The notes beneath the pieces are model-generated. The model ran no database searches. It saw only the letters and a list, made by a program, of their open reading frames with translations, and was not told where the DNA came from. The position numbers were made by a program, and so were the translations under genes. Below are positions 11,319 to 19,460 of a DNA stretch of 64,000 bases, in pieces. The stretch lies in the NCBI GenBank assembly GCA_049609145.1, contig JBMYYF010000003.1, positions 247,770 to 311,769 of the forward strand, read 5' to 3'. The number at the start of each line of letters is the position of its first letter. The stretch's first letter is position 1. The stretch comes from Alphaproteobacteria bacterium. Lineage in GTDB: Bacteria; Pseudomonadota; Alphaproteobacteria; SPJN01.

Positions 11319-12199
11319 CACACCTCCACCTTGGCGGGTACGGTACGTTGGCGCATCGCAATTATCAGGCAGCCACTCAATGTAATGACAATGCCCATAA
11401 TCATCCGCGGGCTTAGTACATCCCCCATCAAGGTCACACCGAACATAACCCCGAAGGTGGGCGCCAGCAGCGATAGCGGCGCGATCAACGACACATCATA
11501 GCGCTGCACCAAATAGAAATTCGCGGCGTGCCCGATAAGACTGGCCCCCAGCGCCGTGTAAAGCACCGCACCCCAAGCCGCCCAGCTTGCATTCTGCATG
11601 GCTTCAATCTGGCCGCTTTCCAAGGCGAATGAGGCAACGAACAGTAACGGCCAACTCAACATGGCAACCCATGCCTGCATTTGAAACGGTCCCACATCAT
11701 GCACGCGCTTCATGTAAATCATGCCGATAGATCCCAGCAACGCCGCCATCACCGCCAGCCCAACGCCATCAAGATAGCCCAGCACCCGCGGATCAAAGCT
11801 GATCAACATCACCCCGCCAAAGGCCAACGTAATGCCCAAGCCGCGCCGCCAGCGCACTTTTTCCTTCAAAAAGATCATCGACAAGATGGTCGAAAACGGC
11901 ACCGAAAGCTGCACCGCCACCGCCACAGACGACACATCATCTGCCAGCGCCATGCCGCCATAGAAAAAGCAAAAATGCAGACCGCCGGAAAACAGCGAGA
12001 TGATTGCAACCGTTTTCATCTGCCCCGGTGCCACCTTCAACACCGGCAATAATACTGCCGCCAACAAGACATAACGTAACGCCGTAAACAAAATGGGCGG
12101 CAGTTCCATCACCCCCCATTTGCCCGCCACAAAGGTAAACCCCCACACCACACAGGTGAAGATCATCAAGGCCAGATGGGCCGGCTTCATGACAGTCAT
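11318..12199 (-). CDS. EamA/DMT family transporter
   Basis: About 10 hydrophobic segments in two EamA repeats. Confidence 0.9.
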   Translation of the reverse strand: MTVMKPAHLALMIFTCVVWGFTFVAGKWGVMELPPILFTALRYVLLAAVLLPVLKVAPGQMKTVAIISLFSGGLHFCFFYGGMALADDVSSVAVAVQLSVPFSTILSMIFLKEKVRWRRGLGITLAFGGVMLISFDPRVLGYLDGVGLAVMAALLGSIGMIYMKRVHDVGPFQMQAWVAMLSWPLLFVASFALESGQIEAMQNASWAAWGAVLYTALGASLIGHAANFYLVQRYDVSLIAPLSLLAPTFGVMFGVTLMGDVLSPRMIMGIVITLSGCLIIAMRQRTVPAKVEV

Positions 12200-12207
12200 A
12201 AAGGTTC

Positions 12208-12930
12208 CTAACTCAGCCCGCGGGCCTGCTTGATATGGTCATAGGCGTCGTTGATCGCCGCCAGTTTTTGGCCTGCCTGCCGGATGAACTCTTCCGGCAC
12301 GCCGCGCGCAATCAAAGCATCGGGATGATTTTCCCGCGCCAAGGCGCGCCATGCATTCTTAATTGTTGTGTCGTCAGCATCTGGCGCCACCCCCAACACG
12401 GCATAGGGATCAACGCCATCATCACCTGGCACATAAATAGCGCACAGCCGCGCAAAAACCTTGGGGTCCAGTTTGAATATCTCGCTTACCGCTTCAAGAT
12501 ACAGCAGCTCGTTCTCATGCATTATGCCATCGGCCTGCGCGATATAGAAAAGACCGTGCAGCACATCTTCCAACAGGGCCGCATCACCGCGCAAAATGCG
12601 CCGCACATCGCGGGCATACAGGTCGAACCCGGCCACATCCTGTCGCGCCAAATCGAACATTCTGGCAACATGGTGCATTTCCGCCTGTGGAAAATCGAAC
12701 ACTTGGCGAAAAGCCGCCACCTCATCGCGCGTCACCACCCCATCTGCCTTGGCCATTTTGGCCGATAGCGCAATGACAGCAATGGTAAAGCCGGTTGCCT
12801 TGGTGGGATCACGCCCCTCCCCGCCGCCAGCCATGGCACTTTCCCCCAACACGGCATAGGCCAACCGCCCCAAAAGCCCATCAGGCTTGAGAGTCCGGGC
12901 AGCGTCTGCGATGCGATCCAAAAAGGCCAT
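12208..12930 (-). CDS. djlA: DjlA-like co-chaperone (TerB-like domain plus C-terminal J domain)
   Basis: FTIAVIALSAKMAKADG, DPYAVLG, HPD and INDAYD motifs. Confidence 0.88.
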   Translation of the reverse strand: MAFLDRIADAARTLKPDGLLGRLAYAVLGESAMAGGGEGRDPTKATGFTIAVIALSAKMAKADGVVTRDEVAAFRQVFDFPQAEMHHVARMFDLARQDVAGFDLYARDVRRILRGDAALLEDVLHGLFYIAQADGIMHENELLYLEAVSEIFKLDPKVFARLCAIYVPGDDGVDPYAVLGVAPDADDTTIKNAWRALARENHPDALIARGVPEEFIRQAGQKLAAINDAYDHIKQARGLS

Positions 12931-13049
12931 AAAGATCAATCCCTTTGCGCGAACACTATGTCAGAAGCCTGCGCAATGTGCATCCCAAAGCGCCCAAACC
13001 CCTTTGCGGCGGATCGCCCTCACCCTATTTTTGACCCCCGGTTTCAGCC

Positions 13050-13120
13050 TGTGGATAAGTTTGTGGAAATTTTTTCGCGATTCGACCAGAAAAGACTCCA
13101 CAAAAGTGTTTTTTAGAGTC
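13050..13120. promoter_or_regulatory. DnaA box(es) plus three clustered GANTC (CcrM) sites
   Basis: Perfect TGTGGATAA at 13050-13058 and near-match TGTGGAAAT at 13062-13070; GATTC at 13079, GACTC at 13094, GAGTC at 13116. Confidence 0.55.
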
Positions 13121-13135
13121 AAACTTGTCGCACCC

Positions 13136-13333
13136 ATGAGACGGAATTCTTGGTGAACCGCTTTATGGCCTCGCAAGGCATCCCAAACTGCCTTGCACCC
13201 TACTTCGGGCGCCCGCATTCCCGAAGCTCTGGATGGCCCACCCTCGCCCAAAGGGTGTTTGTGTTTCACCTGTCTCGTCCGTGGTTTACCTCACCAGGGG
13301 ACCCTGCCCGAACCCTCCGGGCAGGGTCTTTTT
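13136..13333 (+). ncRNA. Candidate structured small RNA (multi-hairpin, C-rich loops, intrinsic terminator)
   Basis: Closing stems 13136-13143/13271-13278 and 13152-13157/13265-13270 enclose three hairpins. An 11-bp terminator stem at 13300-13328 is followed by T5. No credible ORF. Confidence 0.6.
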
Positions 13334-13399
13334 GTTTCTGGTCGTCCTCAATAAAATTGCCTCTATCCCGGTGCGTCAAAGGCTTGTAAATCTTGCATC

Positions 13400-14194
13400 A
13401 TGTTGGACGACAGCCGAATAGAGCATTTCAGAACCAACGGCCTGCTAAAGCTGCCGGGCTTTTTCGACGCTGCCACCATGCCCCCCATGCGCGAGAAGGT
13501 TTGGGCCTTTCTGGAAGCGCGGGACAATGTATGCCGCAACGATCCCGCAAGCTGGCCTGCCATAACCAATCCGCCAGCGGGCGCGGCGCGGCCAACCAAA
13601 CTCATCCGCCTCAATACCGACCCTGCCTTCAACGTGCTGGACACTACCGCGCTGCTTGACACCTTGCGCGCCTTGGCAGGCAGCGATGTTACGCCATTTC
13701 CCGGCGCGGGCCACCGGCAAGTATTATTCACCTATCCCGAAACGCTTGAATGGGCTTTGCCGCATAATATGTGGCACGCCGATCTGCCCCACGCGATTGG
13801 CCGGAAAGCACCGACAGGCCTGCAAGCTTTTCTGTGTCTGGATGAGGTGCGTCCCACAGGGGGTGGCACAATCGTGTTGAGCGGCAGCCATCGCGCCCTT
13901 GTCAATCAATCCGGCCAAGCCGGACAAACCCACCTGCCCTCAAGCGCGTTCAAGAAATGGCTGGCGCGCAAAAGCGATTATGTGAGCGCCCTGTTCGCCA
14001 AAGACACACCCAACAGAAACCGCTTTCTCAACCAACCGGGCATGTTCGATGAGATTGAATTGCAGCCGGTGGAACTAATAGGCGCGCCCGGCGATCTCTA
14101 TATTATGGATATGCGCTGCCTGCACAGCTTGGCCCCCAATGCGCAAAACACACCGCGCATCATGCTGACCGAACGCTTTCAAGTGGCTAGCTAG
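13400..14194 (+). CDS. Phytanoyl-CoA dioxygenase (PhyH) family Fe(II)/2OG enzyme
   Basis: FRTNGLLKL, WHAD (HxD), GGTIVLSGSH, GAPGD...LHS and PRIM motifs. Confidence 0.85.
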   Translation: MLDDSRIEHFRTNGLLKLPGFFDAATMPPMREKVWAFLEARDNVCRNDPASWPAITNPPAGAARPTKLIRLNTDPAFNVLDTTALLDTLRALAGSDVTPFPGAGHRQVLFTYPETLEWALPHNMWHADLPHAIGRKAPTGLQAFLCLDEVRPTGGGTIVLSGSHRALVNQSGQAGQTHLPSSAFKKWLARKSDYVSALFAKDTPNRNRFLNQPGMFDEIELQPVELIGAPGDLYIMDMRCLHSLAPNAQNTPRIMLTERFQVAS

Positions 14195-14290
14195 CAGCCG
14201 CCGTTAAACCGAACGACGTGCATCCCGAAAAGACCCGCGCGGTTTCCTGTAGGGGTGACAGACAATACCGGACCACGCGCAAAATAAAAC

Positions 14291-14320
14291 AAGACCCGGC
14301 AGTTTCCTGCCGGGCCTTTC
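14291..14320. terminator. Intrinsic terminator between convergent genes
   Basis: CCCGGCAG-tttc-CTGCCGGG with A-rich and T-rich flanks. Confidence 0.75.
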
Positions 14321-14339
14321 GTTTTCGCGCCTTGAAGAA

Positions 14340-15653
14340 CTACCTGCTGTATGGTGAACTCCGTTGCGGCTGTACCGTTTTTGGCTGCTGATATTGCGGC
14401 GCGCCCTGATATTGTTGCTGGCTTGAGGCGGGCTTGTTTTTCTGTTCCACCTTCTTGCCACTCACGGCCTGTTGCTTGACCGTCTTGGGCTTCGGCTTGG
14501 CCATCCCGCGCTGTTGCACCTGCCCCTTCTGCACGCTGGAACCTTTGACGTTGGGATCTTGCACGCTTTCGCCCTTCTTCTTGGCGTAGAAGTTCACAGT
14601 GCCGATATGCACCTGCTTGCGCGGCACGGAGAAATGCACACGATAGCTATAAGTACCCAGTGCAGGGCGGTCGGCATCTTTCAGCGTGCCATATTGAATA
14701 CCCCGGTCATTGGCGGCAAAGCGTTTGGAAGCGATGGAAACCCACCGGCTGTCGCCTTTTTTCTGCCGCTGCAAATAAACGGTTTGTGCCGGGCAGGTTG
14801 CCCCATCCTTGTTGGACAGACTGATCTTGGTTTGCACCGCCTCGGTTTGGCCCATATCGGATTTGCCGATCTTCGATGCTGATCCGACAATGTTGCACTT
14901 ACTGGGGCAGCTTTCTACGATATTGATCCGCGGCGTACTTTTGCGAATGCCAACGCGACCGATATCAGGCGTGTCACCATAGGCAGATGCCCATAGTCTC
15001 TCTGTGCCTTTCTGCTTGATTTCAACACGGTCAAACTGCACCCGCACGGCGCGCCCTCCCGCCGGCATACGCACATTCTTTGAGGCGATAATGTTGTGCG
15101 GGTCCATGCTGTTATCATCTCCCAACGACACCTTCACCGGCAAAGTATGATTGCCTTGATAGTCTTGCTTGGCATTTTTCAGCACTGCGATAACGGTATT
15201 ACACTTGCCGATACGTAGGCCATGGCCGCCAACAACGGCAATGCTTTGGATCACAGCGGAGGGCAGGCTTTTACATTTTGGGTGATCCCAATTCGCATAA
15301 CCCCGGCTGGTTTTTTCCTTGCACCAGGTTGAAAACATGGCGTCGTCAGAGTTTTGAGATTTGGAATCACTGCCGGAACTCGAAGACGATCCGCCAGTGC
15401 TTGATGAACCGCTGGACGATGAATGGGGCCCGGTATAATTCTCATCGCCCGGAATATCCGATCCGCCATCTCGCCGCTTGCCACAAGCTTCGTATCTGTG
15501 AAAACGCGCATGTTCATGAGCAAGTCGGAATTCATTGCCGCAATGATAGTGATCCGCTTTGGCCTCGGTCGGCATTGTCATAATAGCAGCCGGTGCCAAC
15601 ACCCCGGCGGTGAGTGCCACGGCAGGCAGCACTTTCAATAATGGATTTCGCAT
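14340..15653 (-). CDS. Secreted protein of unknown function: His/Cys-rich N-terminus, Ser linker, two putative Ig-like domains, K/Q-rich tail (paralog 1)
   Basis: Signal peptide ending AKA; GGGAAGG RBS; shares G-x-CN...CP and TLxD...GxYxY motifs with the genes at 18345 and 19461. Confidence 0.8.
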   Translation of the reverse strand: MRNPLLKVLPAVALTAGVLAPAAIMTMPTEAKADHYHCGNEFRLAHEHARFHRYEACGKRRDGGSDIPGDENYTGPHSSSSGSSSTGGSSSSSGSDSKSQNSDDAMFSTWCKEKTSRGYANWDHPKCKSLPSAVIQSIAVVGGHGLRIGKCNTVIAVLKNAKQDYQGNHTLPVKVSLGDDNSMDPHNIIASKNVRMPAGGRAVRVQFDRVEIKQKGTERLWASAYGDTPDIGRVGIRKSTPRINIVESCPSKCNIVGSASKIGKSDMGQTEAVQTKISLSNKDGATCPAQTVYLQRQKKGDSRWVSIASKRFAANDRGIQYGTLKDADRPALGTYSYRVHFSVPRKQVHIGTVNFYAKKKGESVQDPNVKGSSVQKGQVQQRGMAKPKPKTVKQQAVSGKKVEQKNKPASSQQQYQGAPQYQQPKTVQPQRSSPYSR

Positions 15654-15834
15654 AATCTTCCCTTCCCTTGGACCCGACCAAGATTGATCGGTCAGCGAGT
15701 GTCACGCGCAAATAAGGCGAGAAGTTTCGCGAAATGCGGCAGCAATCAAGTTAATTCGTGACAAAGTTCGTTCAAGAATAAGGCAAAATCAAGCACTTAT
15801 TGGCTTGGCAGCTTAATGGGCGTTAAACAGCCCC

Positions 15835-16443
15835 CTACACTGTACTGGCCAGATCACGCGCCACTTTCAGCAATTCCCGCCTTGTCAGCCCCATGCGCGC
15901 GCGCACCGCCAAAGCAAATAACAGGCTGGAATATAGCTGCGCCATTTGATCGGCGCTCTTGCCCCGCTGTTTCAATTCCACTGCATAATCCCGCGCGATC
16001 ACGGCGGCCAGCGCGCTGTCCATCTCGGTGACAAAACCGCTTAGAATATTCTGCACCCCCTCATCCACCACAGCGGCAGGCAGCGACGTGCCGATCAACA
16101 GACAGCCCACTGAATGGCCGCTCACCGGCGCATAAACCTTGGCGGCTTCTTGCAACATGGTTGCCGCCGCCTCTGCCAATGTGGCCTTGCCTGCCACTGC
16201 GTCCATCACTAGCCCATGGGCCAGCGCCGCATAGTCTTCAATGATGCGGGCAAACAGGGCCGCCTTGTCACCAAAACTGTTATAGAGGCTGGGCTTGGAC
16301 AGCCCCGTTGCCAGACCGATCTTGTCATAGCTGGTGGCCTCAAACCCCTGCGCCAAAAAAATCTCACCGGCCTTGGCCAGCACGGCGGCTTCATCAAATT
16401 TGCGAGGCCTGCCACGACCCCCTGATTTATTTTTATCCGACAT
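15835..16443 (-). CDS. TetR/AcrR family regulator
   Basis: GRPRKFD...GFEATS...GLSKPSLYNSFGDK HTH; GCL motif in the C-terminal domain. Confidence 0.93.
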   Translation of the reverse strand: MSDKNKSGGRGRPRKFDEAAVLAKAGEIFLAQGFEATSYDKIGLATGLSKPSLYNSFGDKAALFARIIEDYAALAHGLVMDAVAGKATLAEAAATMLQEAAKVYAPVSGHSVGCLLIGTSLPAAVVDEGVQNILSGFVTEMDSALAAVIARDYAVELKQRGKSADQMAQLYSSLLFALAVRARMGLTRRELLKVARDLASTV

Positions 16444-16475
16444 CGTATATATTTCTTGCAATTGCGTTGGCTATT

Positions 16476-16495
16476 TTTATACTAATCCGTACAAA
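16476..16495. promoter_or_regulatory. Probable TetR operator
   Basis: Imperfect inverted repeat TTTATAC-N6-GTACAAA in the 74-bp divergent gap between the TetR and MBL genes. Confidence 0.55.
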
Positions 16496-16517
16496 TAATC
16501 AATTGATGGAGGCCGTC

Positions 16518-17477
16518 ATGCAAGCCAGTCGCGCCATATTGTTGGGGCTTTCCGCCCTTTTCGCTGCCGTTGCCCTCTATTTTTGGGCAAACCCGGCCCC
16601 GCTCAAGAAAGCGGCGTTTTCGCAGGCCATGCCAGTGGATTACTTTGCGCCTTATGAGGAAAGCATCCCGCCCGCGCTCTATCAGGTACAAGGCCCCATC
16701 TATGCCTATGAACATGGGTTTACCCGTTCCCTCATCATCGTCACCGACGGCGGCATCGCTGTATTCGATACGTTTGACGAAGCCCATGCGCATGACATGA
16801 AGGCGGCTTTGGCCGAACAGTTTCCCGGCAACCCGGTGCGCTGGGTGGTTTATTCCCACAACCACCTTGATCACTTGCGCGGCTCTGATGTGTTTTCCGG
16901 CGCTGAAGTCATTGGCCATACGCTGGTGAATGATCTGGTGGCCGATTGGCCCGAAGCAGGCAAAAGCATCGCGCCGGTCACCCGCGCCATAGAGGGCGAT
17001 ACGGTTCTGCAATTCGGCCCGGTCACGGTAGATGCACTTTATATGACCTTCTCTCACTCCCATACGCTTTATGGCTTTCATGTGCGCGACCATGATGTGG
17101 TGTTTGCAGCAGACATGATGTTTGTGAAGGCCGTGCCGCCCTTTGACTTTCCAGACTTCTACCACCCCGGCTATATCCGCGCCTTGGATCGTCTGATTGC
17201 CCTGAACGCTGCCCACTATGTGCCCAGCCATATGGACCGCGGCACGCGCGACGACTTGATCGCCTTCCGTGACATGATGGTGAAGGTTGAGGCAACCATT
17301 CGCGGCTTGTTTCTCACCCATGGGGAAGCCATCGCGACCGATGGCTATATCATGCGTCAGAGCCTGCGTGACAGCTATGATGTTTTGGCCGCCGACTATG
17401 GTGATTGGCACGGTTTTGACGCCATGTTCGTTCCCAAATTCGGTCGCCATTGGGGCGGAGCCTATTTGGGATATTAG
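16518..17477 (+). CDS. Exported or membrane-anchored MBL-fold metallo-hydrolase
   Basis: HNHLDH (HxHxDH), later H, D and PSH ligands; hydrophobic N-terminus; GGAGG RBS before the ATG at 16518. Confidence 0.88.
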   Translation: MQASRAILLGLSALFAAVALYFWANPAPLKKAAFSQAMPVDYFAPYEESIPPALYQVQGPIYAYEHGFTRSLIIVTDGGIAVFDTFDEAHAHDMKAALAEQFPGNPVRWVVYSHNHLDHLRGSDVFSGAEVIGHTLVNDLVADWPEAGKSIAPVTRAIEGDTVLQFGPVTVDALYMTFSHSHTLYGFHVRDHDVVFAADMMFVKAVPPFDFPDFYHPGYIRALDRLIALNAAHYVPSHMDRGTRDDLIAFRDMMVKVEATIRGLFLTHGEAIATDGYIMRQSLRDSYDVLAADYGDWHGFDAMFVPKFGRHWGGAYLGY

Positions 17478-18274
17478 AGCTTGGCCGCGGCGTCACACAC
17501 CGCTTGCTCAACTTCTCCTTGATCATCTGTCTGCGCGAAGCCTGCAATGGTGATGGCCTCGCGGCGGAAGTGATAGCAAGCAAAGACGCTGCCCGGCCCC
17601 TGCCCTGTATGACCAAAGCAGCGGCCCATATCGGCCATCACGCCCAGCCCATAGGTCGGCATCTTCCATGGGCGGCCGGGCAATGGCCCGCCAATCTGTG
17701 ATTGGTCCGACAGTGCCCACGCGCCAAAATCATCACGCGCCATCGCGTCCAACTGCAAGGCTGCATCGGCCAAGGTGCCCGCCATCAAACCATGCGCGAC
17801 CCATCTTGGATCATAAGGGGGGTCATACCCCTCCAACGGCTCTGATACGAAGGGCAGCGCAATGCCTTGGCATTCCAACTCTTCGCGCAAAAGCATGTAG
17901 CCGATATTGGAATAGGCAAAGGCTTGGCCCGGCTCACCGATCAGATCATCAGCCTTGGTTTCTGCCCAAAAACGATCCGCATCCCACGGGGTATCACCGC
18001 GTGCCGCTGCCTGATGATAGTGAGGCAAGGGTCCATAGCACGACAGGCCCGCGCGGTGCATCAAAACCTCTTTCACCGTGTAGAGCGTGAAGGGACCACC
18101 ACGCCCGCGCAAAGGCCGTTCAATATCAATCTCATTGCGCCAAAACGCGGCGGCGATCAGCAGCTTGGTAAAGCTCCACCACGGCACCGCATCATCCGCA
18201 GTCGCCGCGGTCGCCGCGGTCGCCGCGGTCGACCGGGTCGTCACCGCCCCATTTTCAACAACACAAAGCTGCAT
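17474..18274 (-). CDS. Short serine hydrolase (beta-lactamase/class C-like)
   Basis: SFTK (SxxK), YSN and HTG motifs. Confidence 0.8.
   Translation of the reverse strand: MQLCVVENGAVTTRSTAATAATAATADDAVPWWSFTKLLIAAAFWRNEIDIERPLRGRGGPFTLYTVKEVLMHRAGLSCYGPLPHYHQAAARGDTPWDADRFWAETKADDLIGEPGQAFAYSNIGYMLLREELECQGIALPFVSEPLEGYDPPYDPRWVAHGLMAGTLADAALQLDAMARDDFGAWALSDQSQIGGPLPGRPWKMPTYGLGVMADMGRCFGHTGQGPGSVFACYHFRREAITIAGFAQTDDQGEVEQAVCDAAAKL
18201..18231. repeat. 9-bp tandem repeat (GTCGCCGCG)x3 encoding Thr-Ala-Ala repeats
   Basis: gtcgccgcg gtcgccgcg gtcgccgcg gtcg inside the 5' end of the serine hydrolase gene. Confidence 0.85.
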
Positions 18275-18284
18275 CTATTCCCCC

Positions 18285-18321
18285 AAAAGAAAGGCGCCGC
18301 GATAATTCTATCACGGCGCCT
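18285..18321 (-). terminator. Intrinsic terminator after secreted paralog 2
   Basis: AGGCGCCG...CGGCGCCT hairpin followed by a U-rich tract on the minus strand. Confidence 0.7.
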
Positions 18322-18344
18322 GATCTGTTTTAACCCATTTTGCG

Positions 18345-19262
18345 CTAGCGACGAATTGTAGGGTTCGTCCGCTTGGGTTTTACCTGTTGCGGTTTTTGTA
18401 AGTCGTTCCGGTTATAGGTTTTTTTGGGAGCACCGGTAGAAGCATTCGGGTTCGTCACTTCCCCGAAATCATACCACCCCAGTTCCTTGCTCACTACATA
18501 TTGCAAAACCGGATCAAAATACGAGATACTGTAATGGTAAGCGCCGACCTTCGGCGTAGCGGTATCAGTCAGAGTAATACTTCTTTTTCCCGTCGTCGGT
18601 TTTACCCGCTTTTCAAATTTCCTTGCCGCCCCGTCCGGACCGTTATTACGCCACAAACTAAACTTGTTCACCTCGCAGTTAGGATTACGCGGATTTTCAT
18701 ATGTCACCGTAGCCGTAAAATTGCCCCTTCCTTTGTATTTTGCGGCACCGGCCTTGTTTTTCCCGCCATATGTGGGCTGAACCGTCACGTTTTCCCAGCA
18801 CCGTGCCTCGGGACAAACCTTGTTCACCTGCACCGCGCCATGCTTTTCAGAGTAGGTGGAAAAATCTCCATCTCGCGATTTGGCATCCTGATTGTTAACG
18901 CTGGCACGCAACGACGCCCTGAAAGGCACATCGCCCGCTATTGTGAAATTACGAAACCGCACCGTACGATCACCATGCCCGCCATACGAAACGCGGCGCT
19001 TAGAATCGGCGGTGGTATTTGCCTGTCCGGGATTTGCCCGCAAGCTAATATAGAGATTCCGTTTTGGTACTTTGGACGAACGCGGGGCAACTGTTACATC
19101 AATCGTGTTGCAACTCCCCTTTTTTGCATCGCCCAAAACTTTTATCGACTTCACATAAATATCGTATTGATCGGCGGCGTTTGCCACGGTGGGCGACAAG
19201 GTGGCTGCCGCCAACACACCGGCGGCTATTGGCACCGCCCATAGATTTTTTTGAATTTGCAT
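18345..19262 (-). CDS. Secreted protein of unknown function, two putative Ig-like domains (paralog 2)
   Basis: Start MQIQKNLW after AGGGAAGG RBS; signal peptide ending ANA; GSCNTIDV, TVRFRN, CP and basic tail. Confidence 0.8.
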   Translation of the reverse strand: MQIQKNLWAVPIAAGVLAAATLSPTVANAADQYDIYVKSIKVLGDAKKGSCNTIDVTVAPRSSKVPKRNLYISLRANPGQANTTADSKRRVSYGGHGDRTVRFRNFTIAGDVPFRASLRASVNNQDAKSRDGDFSTYSEKHGAVQVNKVCPEARCWENVTVQPTYGGKNKAGAAKYKGRGNFTATVTYENPRNPNCEVNKFSLWRNNGPDGAARKFEKRVKPTTGKRSITLTDTATPKVGAYHYSISYFDPVLQYVVSKELGWYDFGEVTNPNASTGAPKKTYNRNDLQKPQQVKPKRTNPTIRR

Positions 19263-19363
19263 TTTGTTTCCTTCCCTGTTGCCGCCCCATATTTCATGAA
19301 CATTATGGCGTTTAACGGGCGCGAACAAGGCCGCATTGGGAAACATTCAGGCAAAACAAAGGC
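19251..19363. repeat. Duplicated promoter/leader/start segment, copy 1
   Basis: Near-identical to 20031-20144, with exact blocks of 27 bp (19251-19277) and 41 bp (19323-19363). Confidence 0.95.
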
Positions 19364-19399
19364 TGCGCGCTTAATGGCGGTGAAGCGGCGGCCGTTCCC

Positions 19400-19433
19400 A
19401 AACGCAAAACGCCGCGATGTTTCCACCGCGGCG
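19400..19433 (-). terminator. Intrinsic terminator after secreted paralog 3
   Basis: CGCCGCG...CGCGGCG hairpin followed by TTTT on the minus strand. Confidence 0.65.
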
Positions 19434-19460
19434 CTTGGATGATTTATCAGGCTCGTGTGG

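Noticed and set aside
12940-13135. Chromosomal origin (oriC)
   Set aside because: Only one perfect DnaA box, no hemE/dnaA/parAB context, and by eye the plus strand stays C-rich on both sides. A cumulative GC-skew plot would settle it.
13136-13333. tmRNA, 6S or SRP RNA, or a retron ncRNA
   Set aside because: No tRNA-like ends or tag peptide, no 6S rod or zapA context, no SRP GGAA/AGCAG loop, and no reverse transcriptase nearby.
12961-13389. Short ORFs over the sRNA region (12961-13269 minus, 13150-13389 plus)
   Set aside because: No recognisable motifs; they run through dense RNA stems and a terminator.
15813-15826. CtrA box
   Set aside because: TTAA-N6-TTAA is one base short of the TTAA-N7-TTAA consensus.
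16482-17450. Long antisense ORFs (also 5181-6152, 10284-11273, 22832-23863, 46038-46862, 52099-53292)
   Set aside because: Shadow frames opposite well-supported genes, as expected in GC-rich DNA, with no protein motifs.
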